Both the position numbers and the translations under genes were made by a program. From positions 32,713-96,712 of the forward strand of contig JAFODS010000001.1 in the NCBI GenBank assembly GCA_017380575.1: DNA of 64,000 nt, given 5' to 3'. Below are positions 1 through 8,336 of the stretch, piece after piece (position 1 is the stretch's first letter; each line of letters starts with the position of its first letter). The notes below the pieces were generated by a model. That model did no database searches, was not told the origin of the DNA, and saw nothing but the letters and a program-made list of their open reading frames with translations. This DNA comes from Clostridia bacterium. Its GTDB lineage: Bacteria > Bacillota > Clostridia > Oscillospirales > Acutalibacteraceae.

Positions 1-805
1 TATGGTATCTGTCATACGTTCTTGTGCCACCATCAGGTTCCATAAACTGAATCATTGATTTTCTGCCGTTTGCAGTTACCGTAAAATCTTTGTGCGTGTC
101 TTCCTGCTGAATATAGGTTACTTCAGTTATATCACATACGGGAGGAATAAACGGTTCATAATCTTTAATCAGAAGTTGGTCATAGCTTGTATAACCGTCA
201 CCGAATGATGCATAGCTTAAGTCGATTTTTGAGCTTAAATCGTGTACCGTTCCGTTACTGTCGCTAACTTCCCACACTAATTCTTCAACTATCATATTTT
301 CATAATCAGCATAAATCGGGTTGTTATAAATCAAAGTGCGTGAAATACCAAGTGAATTCAAGAATTTTTCCTGCAAGACCTCAAATTTCAGATTAAAGAA
401 ATATTCATTTGCCAAACCTTCTGAACCAGAAAAATCAATTTCAATGAAGAAATAGTTAAACTCACTGTCTTCAGTTCCGTGTTCGGTCACCTTAACGGTT
501 CCGCCAAGATTATATAACGCTTCTTCCGGAATCGCATCAATGAAACTTAAAGTATCACTTCTGTACGAATATCCTAACTCAATGTGCGTTGTTCCTACTG
601 CAAAACCGTTTGATTCACACAACTCGGCATACGTACCGTTTATCTTACTTACGTCAAATTTGACGGGATAATATGCGATATCATCCTGACGAACATGTTT
701 TACCGTCGGTGCGACAGTAATGCGGAAATCCGCTGCTGATACTCCAACTGTGCCGACTGAAAGAATTATGCTAAACGCCAAAATAATTGAAAAAAGTTTT
801 TTCAT
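1..805 (-). CDS. Secreted protein of unknown function; the N-terminus is present and the C-terminal part runs off the window
   Basis: ATG (complement of 803-805) is preceded by an AAAGGAG RBS. The N-terminus MKKLFSIILAFSIILSVGTVGVSAA looks like a signal peptide. The frame stays open to base 1. It is missing from the ORF track because it is truncated. Confidence 0.6.
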   Translation of the reverse strand, partial: MKKLFSIILAFSIILSVGTVGVSAADFRITVAPTVKHVRQDDIAYYPVKFDVSKINGTYAELCESNGFAVGTTHIELGYSYRSDTLSFIDAIPEEALYNLGGTVKVTEHGTEDSEFNYFFIEIDFSGSEGLANEYFFNLKFEVLQEKFLNSLGISRTLIYNNPIYADYENMIVEELVWEVSDSNGTVHDLSSKIDLSYASFGDGYTSYDQLLIKDYEPFIPPVCDITEVTYIQQEDTHKDFTVTANGRKSMIQFMEPDGGTRTYDRYH

Positions 806-843
806 AATAAATATAGCTCCTTTATTACATAATAGTAAACTTA

Positions 844-3345
844 TTATACAACGGTGTATGTTTCGAGAATGATATCCTCATTTAATACATTAATCACAGT
901 TCCAGTTGAGATCACGCCCGTAGTCGGCGTTTCATATTCTAAAGTGAATCCGTCATCCAAATCAACATATTGTTCCGAGAAAATATCTGTTGAAATTCCC
1001 GTTGGCAAGTTGGAAATACTGTTATTTGTTCTGTCAAAAGTTATGCCACTATTTTCAGCAGGGTTTAGGCGATATCTTATTAAACAGTTTATGTTTTTAT
1101 TCTGAGCATAATCTAATGCCATTGAATTATAATAAACGCTTACTGTTAAATTTGGACAGTTTTCAAAAATGTTCGATTGCATCATAGTTAGATTATCATA
1201 AAAAGTAATGTTTCTAAGATTAGTACAACCTGAAAACGCACGAGACTTGATTTTTGTTAGACTACGAGGCAGTTCAATTGAAGTGAATCCCGTACAATTC
1301 TCAAAAGCTCGTGGCCTTATTTCTATAAGATTTTGGGGTAAATTTAAGTTCGCTAAATTGCAACAGTTTTTAAAAGCAACGGCGTCAATTCTTTGGATCG
1401 AATTGGGCAAAGTTACAGAGCTTAATGATGTGCATCCAAAGAACATACCGTCGGGTAAAATAGTCCACCCTGTTGGTATTGTTACAGAACTCAAAGAGGT
1501 GCAATTTTGAAAGAGATAACTACAATTACTTGGAGAATAAAGACTCGGTGGAAGAGTTATATTGGTGAGTAAACTACATCCTAAAAACGAGCCTAGCGCT
1601 ATCTCAATTTCATTATTAGGCATATTTAATGTTGGGAGTTTCTTGCAATACGCAAAAGATAAATCGCCAATATATTCTATGCCAGAGCCCATATCAAGGC
1701 TATTAAGTGCAGATAAATCAATAAAACTGTAATTACCAATATAAGTAATATCATCCGATATCTCACAAGTAGTAATTAGATTTCTGAATCTATACCAAGG
1801 TGCATCGCCTCGAGTGTAATCGTTAATCATATCGGTTCCAGAAATAACAAGACTACGATCACTATGAGTGTAAATCCAAGTAGCATCATATCCACAAGTA
1901 CCGCTAAAAACACTATTATTATTTAGTAGACCTTTGTTGAGATAATTTACTATATTAAGTTTTAAATGTCCCTCAATATTATCAGCTTGATGATATGGTT
2001 TAACTCTATCTGTCGCACTTTCTAGCAAATGTTCTTTTACTTGTCCAATTGTAGCGTTCGGGCAGTTTGACATATACAGTGCAACTGCACCAGCAACAAT
2101 TGGTGAGGCAAAAGATGTACCCGATGCCAAATTATATCCATTATTTGTTGAATGTGATGCAACGGTTATTGAACTACCTGGTGCAGCGATATTGTAGTGA
2201 TATCCCATTTTATCATAGTTCGAGTAATCTGCCATAGTTCTTGTTGAATCGTAAGCCATAACACCGATTACATTTTGAAAGCCTGCTGGATAGGCAGCTT
2301 GTTTATTCGTGTTAAGTTCATCATTTCCTGCTCCAGCAACTAAAACGCACTCATCAGCAATAGACTCTAACGAAAGCCTCACAGAAGTACTGTAAGAAGT
2401 ATATGTTATATTTCGCAAGTATCTAAACGACATATTAATTACCGAAACCGGCTGTAATGCTCCGGCACTATTTGGGACAGTTTCGTGGTTATACTCTTTA
2501 ATCATTTCTACAGCTTCAATAATTTTAATAATTGGGAAAGTTCCATCTTCAGTAATTTTTATTGGAAGAATCTTCGAATTGCAAGAAATTCCATTAACCC
2601 TATTGGTTGTATTACTTCCTGATATAACCGATGCCACGGCAGTTCCATGACCATGATTATCTGTTATATCATTCAAATAATCGTCATCAACAACATTGAA
2701 TCCATGATATGTATATGGCCATAATTCAAAAGTGATCATACTATTTTTAAGGTGCTCGTGTTCAAAGTTACATCCTGTGTCAAGAACTGCCACAACGACA
2801 TTATCACCCTTTTTTTCACAAAAACTGAGTGCCTCTGTAGCAAATGTTTCTCTTAGGTGCCAGTCATTATAAACACCGCTTAGCGAAAACAATGGTTCAA
2901 ATTCCTGTAAATCTACACCTGTATCCAATGAAGTTTCTGTTAACTCACAAAGATAATTAGGTTCAGCATACATTCCAACATTGTCCGCATTGATATCTGC
3001 ACATAAGTCAGGAATTGAAAGATTGGCACTACCTATATCTTCTATGGATACAACATAAACACTGGTCGAGTCATTAACTGGACATGTGTAATCTGCAGAA
3101 ACTGTTGCATTAAGAGAAGAAGCAAGATTAGACTCAACAACAGAACAAATATCGCTTGAAGCAAGCGTAGAAGTCGCATAATCTTCGTCGTTAATTCTTA
3201 TAAGAAGTTCGTTCTCAACATATCCAAGTTCAATAATAGGATCTGGTTCCTCTGAGTTTTCTGCGTGTGCAACTGGAATACATGTAAATGTTGCTAAAAT
3301 GCATAAAGTAACGAACACAGATAGTAACTTCTTAAATTTTCTCAT
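844..3345 (-). CDS. Secreted subtilisin-like serine protease (peptidase S8) with a C-terminal BspA-type leucine-rich-repeat region
   Basis: Signal peptide is present. Catalytic triad motifs are VAVLDTGC (Asp), HGHGTAVAS (His) and SGTSFASPIVAGAVAL (Ser). The C-terminal half has repeated LxxIxIPxxVxxIgxxAFxxC units typical of BspA-like LRRs. Confidence 0.85.
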   Translation of the reverse strand: MRKFKKLLSVFVTLCILATFTCIPVAHAENSEEPDPIIELGYVENELLIRINDEDYATSTLASSDICSVVESNLASSLNATVSADYTCPVNDSTSVYVVSIEDIGSANLSIPDLCADINADNVGMYAEPNYLCELTETSLDTGVDLQEFEPLFSLSGVYNDWHLRETFATEALSFCEKKGDNVVVAVLDTGCNFEHEHLKNSMITFELWPYTYHGFNVVDDDYLNDITDNHGHGTAVASVISGSNTTNRVNGISCNSKILPIKITEDGTFPIIKIIEAVEMIKEYNHETVPNSAGALQPVSVINMSFRYLRNITYTSYSTSVRLSLESIADECVLVAGAGNDELNTNKQAAYPAGFQNVIGVMAYDSTRTMADYSNYDKMGYHYNIAAPGSSITVASHSTNNGYNLASGTSFASPIVAGAVALYMSNCPNATIGQVKEHLLESATDRVKPYHQADNIEGHLKLNIVNYLNKGLLNNNSVFSGTCGYDATWIYTHSDRSLVISGTDMINDYTRGDAPWYRFRNLITTCEISDDITYIGNYSFIDLSALNSLDMGSGIEYIGDLSFAYCKKLPTLNMPNNEIEIALGSFLGCSLLTNITLPPSLYSPSNCSYLFQNCTSLSSVTIPTGWTILPDGMFFGCTSLSSVTLPNSIQRIDAVAFKNCCNLANLNLPQNLIEIRPRAFENCTGFTSIELPRSLTKIKSRAFSGCTNLRNITFYDNLTMMQSNIFENCPNLTVSVYYNSMALDYAQNKNINCLIRYRLNPAENSGITFDRTNNSISNLPTGISTDIFSEQYVDLDDGFTLEYETPTTGVISTGTVINVLNEDIILETYTVV

Positions 3346-3480
3346 AAATATACCTCCATATATAATTTTGTTTTAGCTTTGGGAATCTAACTGGCACAAA
3401 GGAATCACCTCTATGTAAGATTTTGCTGTGTGTGTGCTTCAATTCTATCTAAACCAAAACTAAAAAGAAACTACCTATGC

Positions 3481-3532
3481 AAAAAAATTAAAAAAAACGA
3501 CAAAAAAATAAACGGTCAGTGTTGACCGTTTA
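3481..3532 (-). terminator. Rho-independent terminator after the AgrC-like kinase gene
   Basis: A 10-bp stem (taaacggtca / tgaccgttta, 3509-3532) includes the stop codon. A long U-tract follows on the minus strand. Confidence 0.7.
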
Positions 3533-4822
3533 TTTTATAGGTATCAATATCACTATTTTAAACTCTTTCTGTTCAAACATCCATTCAAGTTCACCATTAT
3601 AGTTTTTTAAAGCTTGATAAACACTTTTCATTCCGTAACCATGAATATTCTTGTTCTCTTTAGTAGAGATTAAAGTATCGTTTTTTGCCAAAGGAGCAGT
3701 TGAACAACTATTCTTGAGAATGATTTTATGGAACTTGTTGTCGCACTCTAAAGTTAGTTCAATATAAGGATGCGTTTCTTTTTCAGCTCGCTCAATCGCA
3801 TTACTTAATAGGTTGTCAAGTATAGCAGATAAATCATAGTCATTAATAAACGATAGGTTTTCGCTTAATGCAAGAATGGAAAACTTTATATGTTTATCCT
3901 TACACAACAGTGAATACTTGTTAATTATTACATCCAACAATTTGTTCTTGGTTTTAGCCTTAATTGAGATTTCATTGGCTTTATCGTATATATTTTTAAT
4001 ATATTGCTTAACATTCTCTTCTGTTGTCAGATTGCTAATGTTGATAAGATTGTTTTTGATGTCGTGAACAAGAATTCTTGTTTCTTCATCTTTCTTTTCC
4101 AAAATATCTAGATATTCGAGATTAATGATTTGCTTTTGTTCGAGCATTTCTATATCGTGAAGTTTTTTCTGATTGTCTATGGCTCGTTCGTGAACAAAAA
4201 ATACAACAATTATGGCAATGAACATAAACACTTCGCTCAATATGAATAGAAGATTTGTTTCTGTATTTGATTTATAATAGATGTTTTGATAGCGAAAAAC
4301 AACTGTTATAAAAAACGTCATCGCAGGTAGGGTTGTTAAAATGATTGAAGACATATAGCCGTCTTTTGTCTTCGTTTTTTTGGAAAAGGATGATATGATT
4401 GCCAATAAAGCGAAGTAGATAAATTTAGATGCAAACGCTTCTTCCACAAAAAGAATGGAGTCGTTTTCGTGTTGATTGACGGATACATCAAAGAAGAATG
4501 AGGTGAGAAAGAAAATAATGAATTCAGCAATGTTCATTATTGCCACAAGTAACAACGAATGAAAACTTGATAATTTCCAATCACACTCAAAAGCAGTATA
4601 GAAAATAATCCAATAAAGTATAAGAGTGGTTGGAATATTAATGTATGGATTCGAGAAGAAAATCATCAACAACCACAATACCACATTAGCAACGAAACAA
4701 ATTAATAAGGATTGTTTAGGATTGTGTTTATAATTAAACATTCTACCGCCGTACCAAAAAACAATATATGTTCCTAATACATAAACGATAAACATAGTTA
4801 TTGCAAACATTGTTTGGCTCAT
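3530..4822 (-). CDS. AgrC/ComD-type (HPK10) membrane sensor histidine kinase
   Basis: The N-terminal half has 6-7 predicted TM segments. The H-box is VHDIKNNL, the N-box is LDNLLSNAIERA, and GYGMKSV is the G2 motif. Its start abuts the stop of the LytTR regulator gene. Confidence 0.8.
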   Translation of the reverse strand: MSQTMFAITMFIVYVLGTYIVFWYGGRMFNYKHNPKQSLLICFVANVVLWLLMIFFSNPYINIPTTLILYWIIFYTAFECDWKLSSFHSLLLVAIMNIAEFIIFFLTSFFFDVSVNQHENDSILFVEEAFASKFIYFALLAIISSFSKKTKTKDGYMSSIILTTLPAMTFFITVVFRYQNIYYKSNTETNLLFILSEVFMFIAIIVVFFVHERAIDNQKKLHDIEMLEQKQIINLEYLDILEKKDEETRILVHDIKNNLINISNLTTEENVKQYIKNIYDKANEISIKAKTKNKLLDVIINKYSLLCKDKHIKFSILALSENLSFINDYDLSAILDNLLSNAIERAEKETHPYIELTLECDNKFHKIILKNSCSTAPLAKNDTLISTKENKNIHGYGMKSVYQALKNYNGELEWMFEQKEFKIVILIPIK

Positions 4823-5530
4823 TTACATTCCCCTTTCAGCAAACAGAAACATTTTAGTGCGAAATTCCTGTTGCCTTTTTGGAGCAACAGAAACTATAAA
4901 GCTTTTTTCTTCAAAGGTAAGAGTGAGTGTTTTACGAGTGAAACTTTTGACAAAGTTGAAATTTATGATGTAGCTTGTGTGCGGAGAATAAAAATTCAAT
5001 TCACTTAATTTTTCTTTCCAAAAGTCAATATGTTCTTTGGATATGTATTCACCTTGTGTAGTTACAATTTTTGTTTTTCGCTTGTATGATTCACAAAAGA
5101 TTATAGAGTTGGTTGGGATTATTACAGATTCATTGTTTGGACAAATTATTTTAATATCTTTACTAGACATCGACAATAATGCGGCATCCAGCGAACGATA
5201 TAGACGAGTTACATCCAAAGGCTTTTGCAAAAATCTGTAAGCACCCAGATCAAATGCATCGTCAAGATAGTCTGAATATGCGGTTATCATAAAGATAACT
5301 ATGTTGTTGGATTTTTGCTTTAGCTTTTTCCCCACTTCAACACCATTAATACTAGGCATCTCAATATCTAGAAAAGCCATATCAAAGTATACACTGCTAT
5401 TTAGCAATTTATTTCCGTCCTCAAAGCAAAATATCTCGGTAGCTATAACCTTCTCGGAAAAATAGTTTATTAATGCATCTTTGACCTCGGTTATTCTTTT
5501 AGGTTCATCATCACAAATGGCTATTTTCAT
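4823..5530 (-). CDS. LytTR-family (AgrA-like) response regulator
   Basis: The receiver domain is MKIAICDDE...FLDIEMP. The C-terminal LytTR-type DNA-binding domain is about 100 aa. ATG at 5530 is preferred over 5551 because GGAGG lies 8 nt upstream. Confidence 0.85.
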   Translation of the reverse strand: MKIAICDDEPKRITEVKDALINYFSEKVIATEIFCFEDGNKLLNSSVYFDMAFLDIEMPSINGVEVGKKLKQKSNNIVIFMITAYSDYLDDAFDLGAYRFLQKPLDVTRLYRSLDAALLSMSSKDIKIICPNNESVIIPTNSIIFCESYKRKTKIVTTQGEYISKEHIDFWKEKLSELNFYSPHTSYIINFNFVKSFTRKTLTLTFEEKSFIVSVAPKRQQEFRTKMFLFAERGM

Positions 5531-5551
5531 TGTTTTATCCTCCAATAACAA

Positions 5552-5581
5552 ATGCCGTAAACTGCTTACAGTTTACGGCAT
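5552..5581 (-). terminator. Strong 13-bp hairpin between the XRE stop and the response-regulator RBS (terminator or attenuator)
   Basis: atgccgtaaactg / cagtttacggcat with a 4-nt loop. Only a partial U-run follows on the minus strand, and the RBS of the next gene starts about 10 nt after it. Confidence 0.5.
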
Positions 5582-5607
5582 TAAAATTTAATTGTCAAAT
5601 ATAATTT

Positions 5608-5937
5608 TTATTTTGTTTTATTGTGATTATCAGCGATTGCTTTAATCATTACCTTGATGAGCTCAATTTCATCATCAGAACATTCGCGGAGATATTCTGA
5701 TATTTCTTCTATTTTGGTTTTCTTTACAACCCCAAAAGCGAAGTAGTCAAGGGTAACATCTAAGCATGTGGCAATATCATATAGTAATTCAACCGAGGTT
5801 TTGCTTCTTCCTGTTTCAATAGCAGAGATATGCTTAGAGGTAACATTTACTTTTTCGGCTAGCTCCTCTTGTGTCATATTAAGTTTTCTTCTTCTGTTAC
5901 TGATTCTGTATCCAAGCATTTTGAAATTTAACTCCAT
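5608..5937 (-). CDS. XRE-family helix-turn-helix transcriptional regulator
   Basis: The HTH_3 signature is RRRKLNMTQEELAEKVNVTSKHISAIETGRS. GGTGG RBS lies upstream of the ATG. Confidence 0.8.
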   Translation of the reverse strand: MELNFKMLGYRISNRRRKLNMTQEELAEKVNVTSKHISAIETGRSKTSVELLYDIATCLDVTLDYFAFGVVKKTKIEEISEYLRECSDDEIELIKVMIKAIADNHNKTK

Positions 5938-6029
5938 AAAACCACCACAGTAATTTTATCATTAAAAAGAGTTAAATAACACCAACTAATAATAGGAAAA
6001 TCCATTATTAGATTGATTTTTACGCTTGA

Positions 6030-6058
6030 TAATAGAAAAAAATACCTGACAATAGGAT
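6030..6058 (+). promoter_or_regulatory. Candidate LytTR (AgrA-like) binding site: two 9-bp direct repeats spaced 20 bp start-to-start
   Basis: TAATAGAAA (6030-6038) and CAATAGGAT (6050-6058) lie about 95 bp upstream of agrD. A third related copy, TAATAGGAA, is at 5990-5998. The assignment rests on geometry only. Confidence 0.3.
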
Positions 6059-6153
6059 TTGTTATTTTTTTATACTGATTTTTGATATTTTAGTTTACGT
6101 TATTGAAAAGTTATTTATTAGAAAGTATATTGTAGTTTAAAGGGGGTGAATTT

Positions 6154-6315
6154 ATGTCTGTAAAAGAGAATATGCAGAAAAAGACTGCTAATTTTATCAA
6201 AAGAATTGCAGAACATTCTTTGAGAGTAGACGCAAATAATCTTACAAGTCTTTGGGTTTATCAGCCTAAGGTACCGGCAACACTTAAGAAATTCAGCAAA
6301 ATCAATAAAGGATGA
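6154..6315 (+). CDS. agrD: AgrD-like autoinducing-peptide precursor (53 aa)
   Basis: MSVKENMQKKTANFIKRIAEHSLRVDANNLTSLWVYQPKVPATLKKFSKINKG. A GGGGGTGA RBS lies 5 nt upstream. The stop overlaps the agrB start (ATGA). The C-terminal YQPKVPxxL matches the conserved post-ring motif of clostridial AgrD peptides. It is shorter than the ORF-track cutoff. Confidence 0.75.
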   Translation: MSVKENMQKKTANFIKRIAEHSLRVDANNLTSLWVYQPKVPATLKKFSKINKG

Positions 6316-6902
6316 TAGGGCGTATAGCATCCGGTGTTGTTGAAAAACTTACTGATAGTACAACTATTAGTGATACTGAAAAGGAACTATATCTATACGG
6401 ATTCTTTATATTAATCTCACAGATATTATATTTCATTATAACAATTATTATGGGAATTTTGTTGGATATAGTTTCTTTAAGTATAGTTTTTTATATCTCC
6501 TTTCAGTTTATTAGAAGATATGCCGGTGGAATACATGCTTCAAGTGAATTGAAATGTGAGATTATAAGTACAACATCAATTTTTATCTGCCTTTTGTGTG
6601 TTAAATCAAGTGTAATGTTCAACATACAAATTCCGACATTGATTTTAACCCTCTTTGCTTCTATTGTCATATTTATTCTTTGCCCGCTTGACACACCAGA
6701 AAAACCACTTACAAAAGAAGAACTACGATATTTTCGTAAGATTTCCCTAATAGTTTTGGCAATAATGTTATCTATTATCATTATTTCAATTGTTATAAAG
6801 TTGACGATTGCGTATCCAATATGTTTTAGCATAATATTAGAGAGCGTTTTCTTGGTTGCTGGGAAAATTAAAAGAGAACATAGTAACAAAAATGTTGAAT
6901 AA
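6312..6902 (+). CDS. agrB: AgrB-family accessory gene regulator B (AIP-processing membrane peptidase)
   Basis: Polytopic membrane protein of about 196 aa with the family-typical FIRRYAGGIHASS motif. It is translationally coupled to agrD. Confidence 0.85.
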   Translation: MIGRIASGVVEKLTDSTTISDTEKELYLYGFFILISQILYFIITIIMGILLDIVSLSIVFYISFQFIRRYAGGIHASSELKCEIISTTSIFICLLCVKSSVMFNIQIPTLILTLFASIVIFILCPLDTPEKPLTKEELRYFRKISLIVLAIMLSIIIISIVIKLTIAYPICFSIILESVFLVAGKIKREHSNKNVE

Positions 6903-7281
6903 TTGTGTGTTTGGTGCGTTTCTTAAAGAAAAAAGACGGCAGCAGGGTATGTCGTTAAGAACACTAGCAAATGAATTGAATTTATCACATTCATATTTGT
7001 CCTGTATTGAAAACGGTAAGAAACCACCTCCGAGTGATGCTATGTTAATTAAAATAGCCTCTATATTATCTATGGATTACAATTCGAAATTATTATTGTT
7101 TGATATTGCTTCTGAAGTTAAAAGTATTAATAGTAACGATTTTTGTCTTTCCGCTGATATTTCAAAATATATTGATGAAAAGGAATCGTTAAAACTTTTG
7201 ATTCGGGAAGCAGATAAATGTGGTTGTTCTGATGAGTTTTGGAATGAAATATTACAAAAACTTAAAAATATGTCCCATTGA
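6892..7281 (+). CDS. XRE-family HTH regulator with an uncharacterised C-terminal domain
   Basis: The HTH is RRQQGMSLRTLANELNLSHSYLSCIENGKK. The ATG at 6892 lies 11 nt inside the 3' end of agrB. Confidence 0.75.
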   Translation: MLNNCVFGAFLKEKRRQQGMSLRTLANELNLSHSYLSCIENGKKPPPSDAMLIKIASILSMDYNSKLLLFDIASEVKSINSNDFCLSADISKYIDEKESLKLLIREADKCGCSDEFWNEILQKLKNMSH

Positions 7282-7327
7282 TTGGGATATATTTTTTGGT
7301 AATTTTGGTAACCAATGGTGAACATAA

Positions 7328-7528
7328 ATGATTATAATTACAGAATTTGTTTCAATAGCCGATAGCGTAAAAAAAGTACATTGTCCGGTGTGTGGAGCAA
7401 GATTATGTGATGTTAAGAAAAATCAGAAGATTAGTGAAGGGTTTTTTTACAAAAATAATTCGAGCGGTATTATTATTAAGTGTTATAAATGTAGAAGAAA
7501 GTTTAATATTGTAACAACAGATTTATAA
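7328..7528 (+). CDS. Small zinc-ribbon protein (Com-like, CxxC...CxxC)
   Basis: 66 aa with HCPVCGARLC and IIIKCYKCRRKFNI, resembling the phage Mu Com-type zinc ribbon layout. A strong terminator follows. Confidence 0.5.
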   Translation: MIIITEFVSIADSVKKVHCPVCGARLCDVKKNQKISEGFFYKNNSSGIIIKCYKCRRKFNIVTTDL

Positions 7529-7564
7529 AATAGATTGAATTATATGTACAGTGCACCATAGTAA

Positions 7565-7604
7565 TAGGAGCCTGACGAGTTTTCGTCAGGCTCCTATATT
7601 TTTT
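7565..7604 (+). terminator. Rho-independent terminator of the agrD-agrB-XRE-zinc-ribbon unit
   Basis: A 14-bp stem (taggagcctgacga / tcgtcaggctccta) with a 4-nt loop, then TATTTTTT. Confidence 0.8.
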
Positions 7605-7722
7605 GACTTGATGGAAACAGAAAGGTCAAAATGCAAAAGAAGTGGCAAACGTATATTGCTAAATATCCGTAGTCTCCAATTTTTTGAGATTTAGAAAATT
7701 CAAAAATTAAGGAGATTACATA

Positions 7723-8265
7723 ATGAAAAACAATAAAAAGTTGCAACAATTTAACCGTGAGTGTAAATTGATAAATCTTAGATATGAATACACAGGATAT
7801 ACAAATGATGTTCAGTGGGCGATAGTAACTGAGCTTTCAGAAGAAGAAATTCTTCAAAAGTATCCTGAAGAAATCAAACAGTACATTCCGTTTATCAGAC
7901 TTTCGGTTTCTCAGGGCGAAGTGTTTGAAGATAGTAAAAGGAATGAAAACAAATACAGAATGAGAGAGAAGAGATGCGGACACATTTTTGATATTACCGA
8001 TGATGATTTGGAAAATTATCATCCTGAATTAATTGTGACCGATACAGAAGACACGCTAACACGAAAAGATGAAGTGAAAACCGTACAAACTGCACTGAAC
8101 ACTTTGTCAAAATCAAACCGGGAAAGGGTTTATAAGTTTTTCTTTCTTGGAATGAACTATTCTGAAATAGCCCGGGATGAAGGTCTCTGTGAGTCGTCGA
8201 TAAGACGTTCAATTGAAAACTCTGTTAAGAAATTGAAAACTTTTTATGAAAAGATGCCGAATTGA
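7723..8265 (+). CDS. Sigma-70 region-4-like HTH protein (conjugative-transposon ORF7-like)
   Basis: The C-terminal RERVYKFFFLGMNYSEIARDEGLCESSIRRSIENSVKKLK resembles sigma-70 region 4. AAGGAG RBS is present. Confidence 0.6.
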   Translation: MKNNKKLQQFNRECKLINLRYEYTGYTNDVQWAIVTELSEEEILQKYPEEIKQYIPFIRLSVSQGEVFEDSKRNENKYRMREKRCGHIFDITDDDLENYHPELIVTDTEDTLTRKDEVKTVQTALNTLSKSNRERVYKFFFLGMNYSEIARDEGLCESSIRRSIENSVKKLKTFYEKMPN

Positions 8266-8336
8266 GGTGTTCCCAGTGCAAACATAATGAAGGGTGTTTT
8301 TCTCTTCAGAAAAATTTTTTTGAAAGGTAGATATTT

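Noticed and set aside
6118-6330. A 70-aa minus-strand ORF in the agr intergenic region.
   Set aside because: It is antisense to the AgrD-like ORF, which has an RBS, translational coupling to agrB and the conserved AgrD C-terminal motif. The minus-strand frame has none of these.
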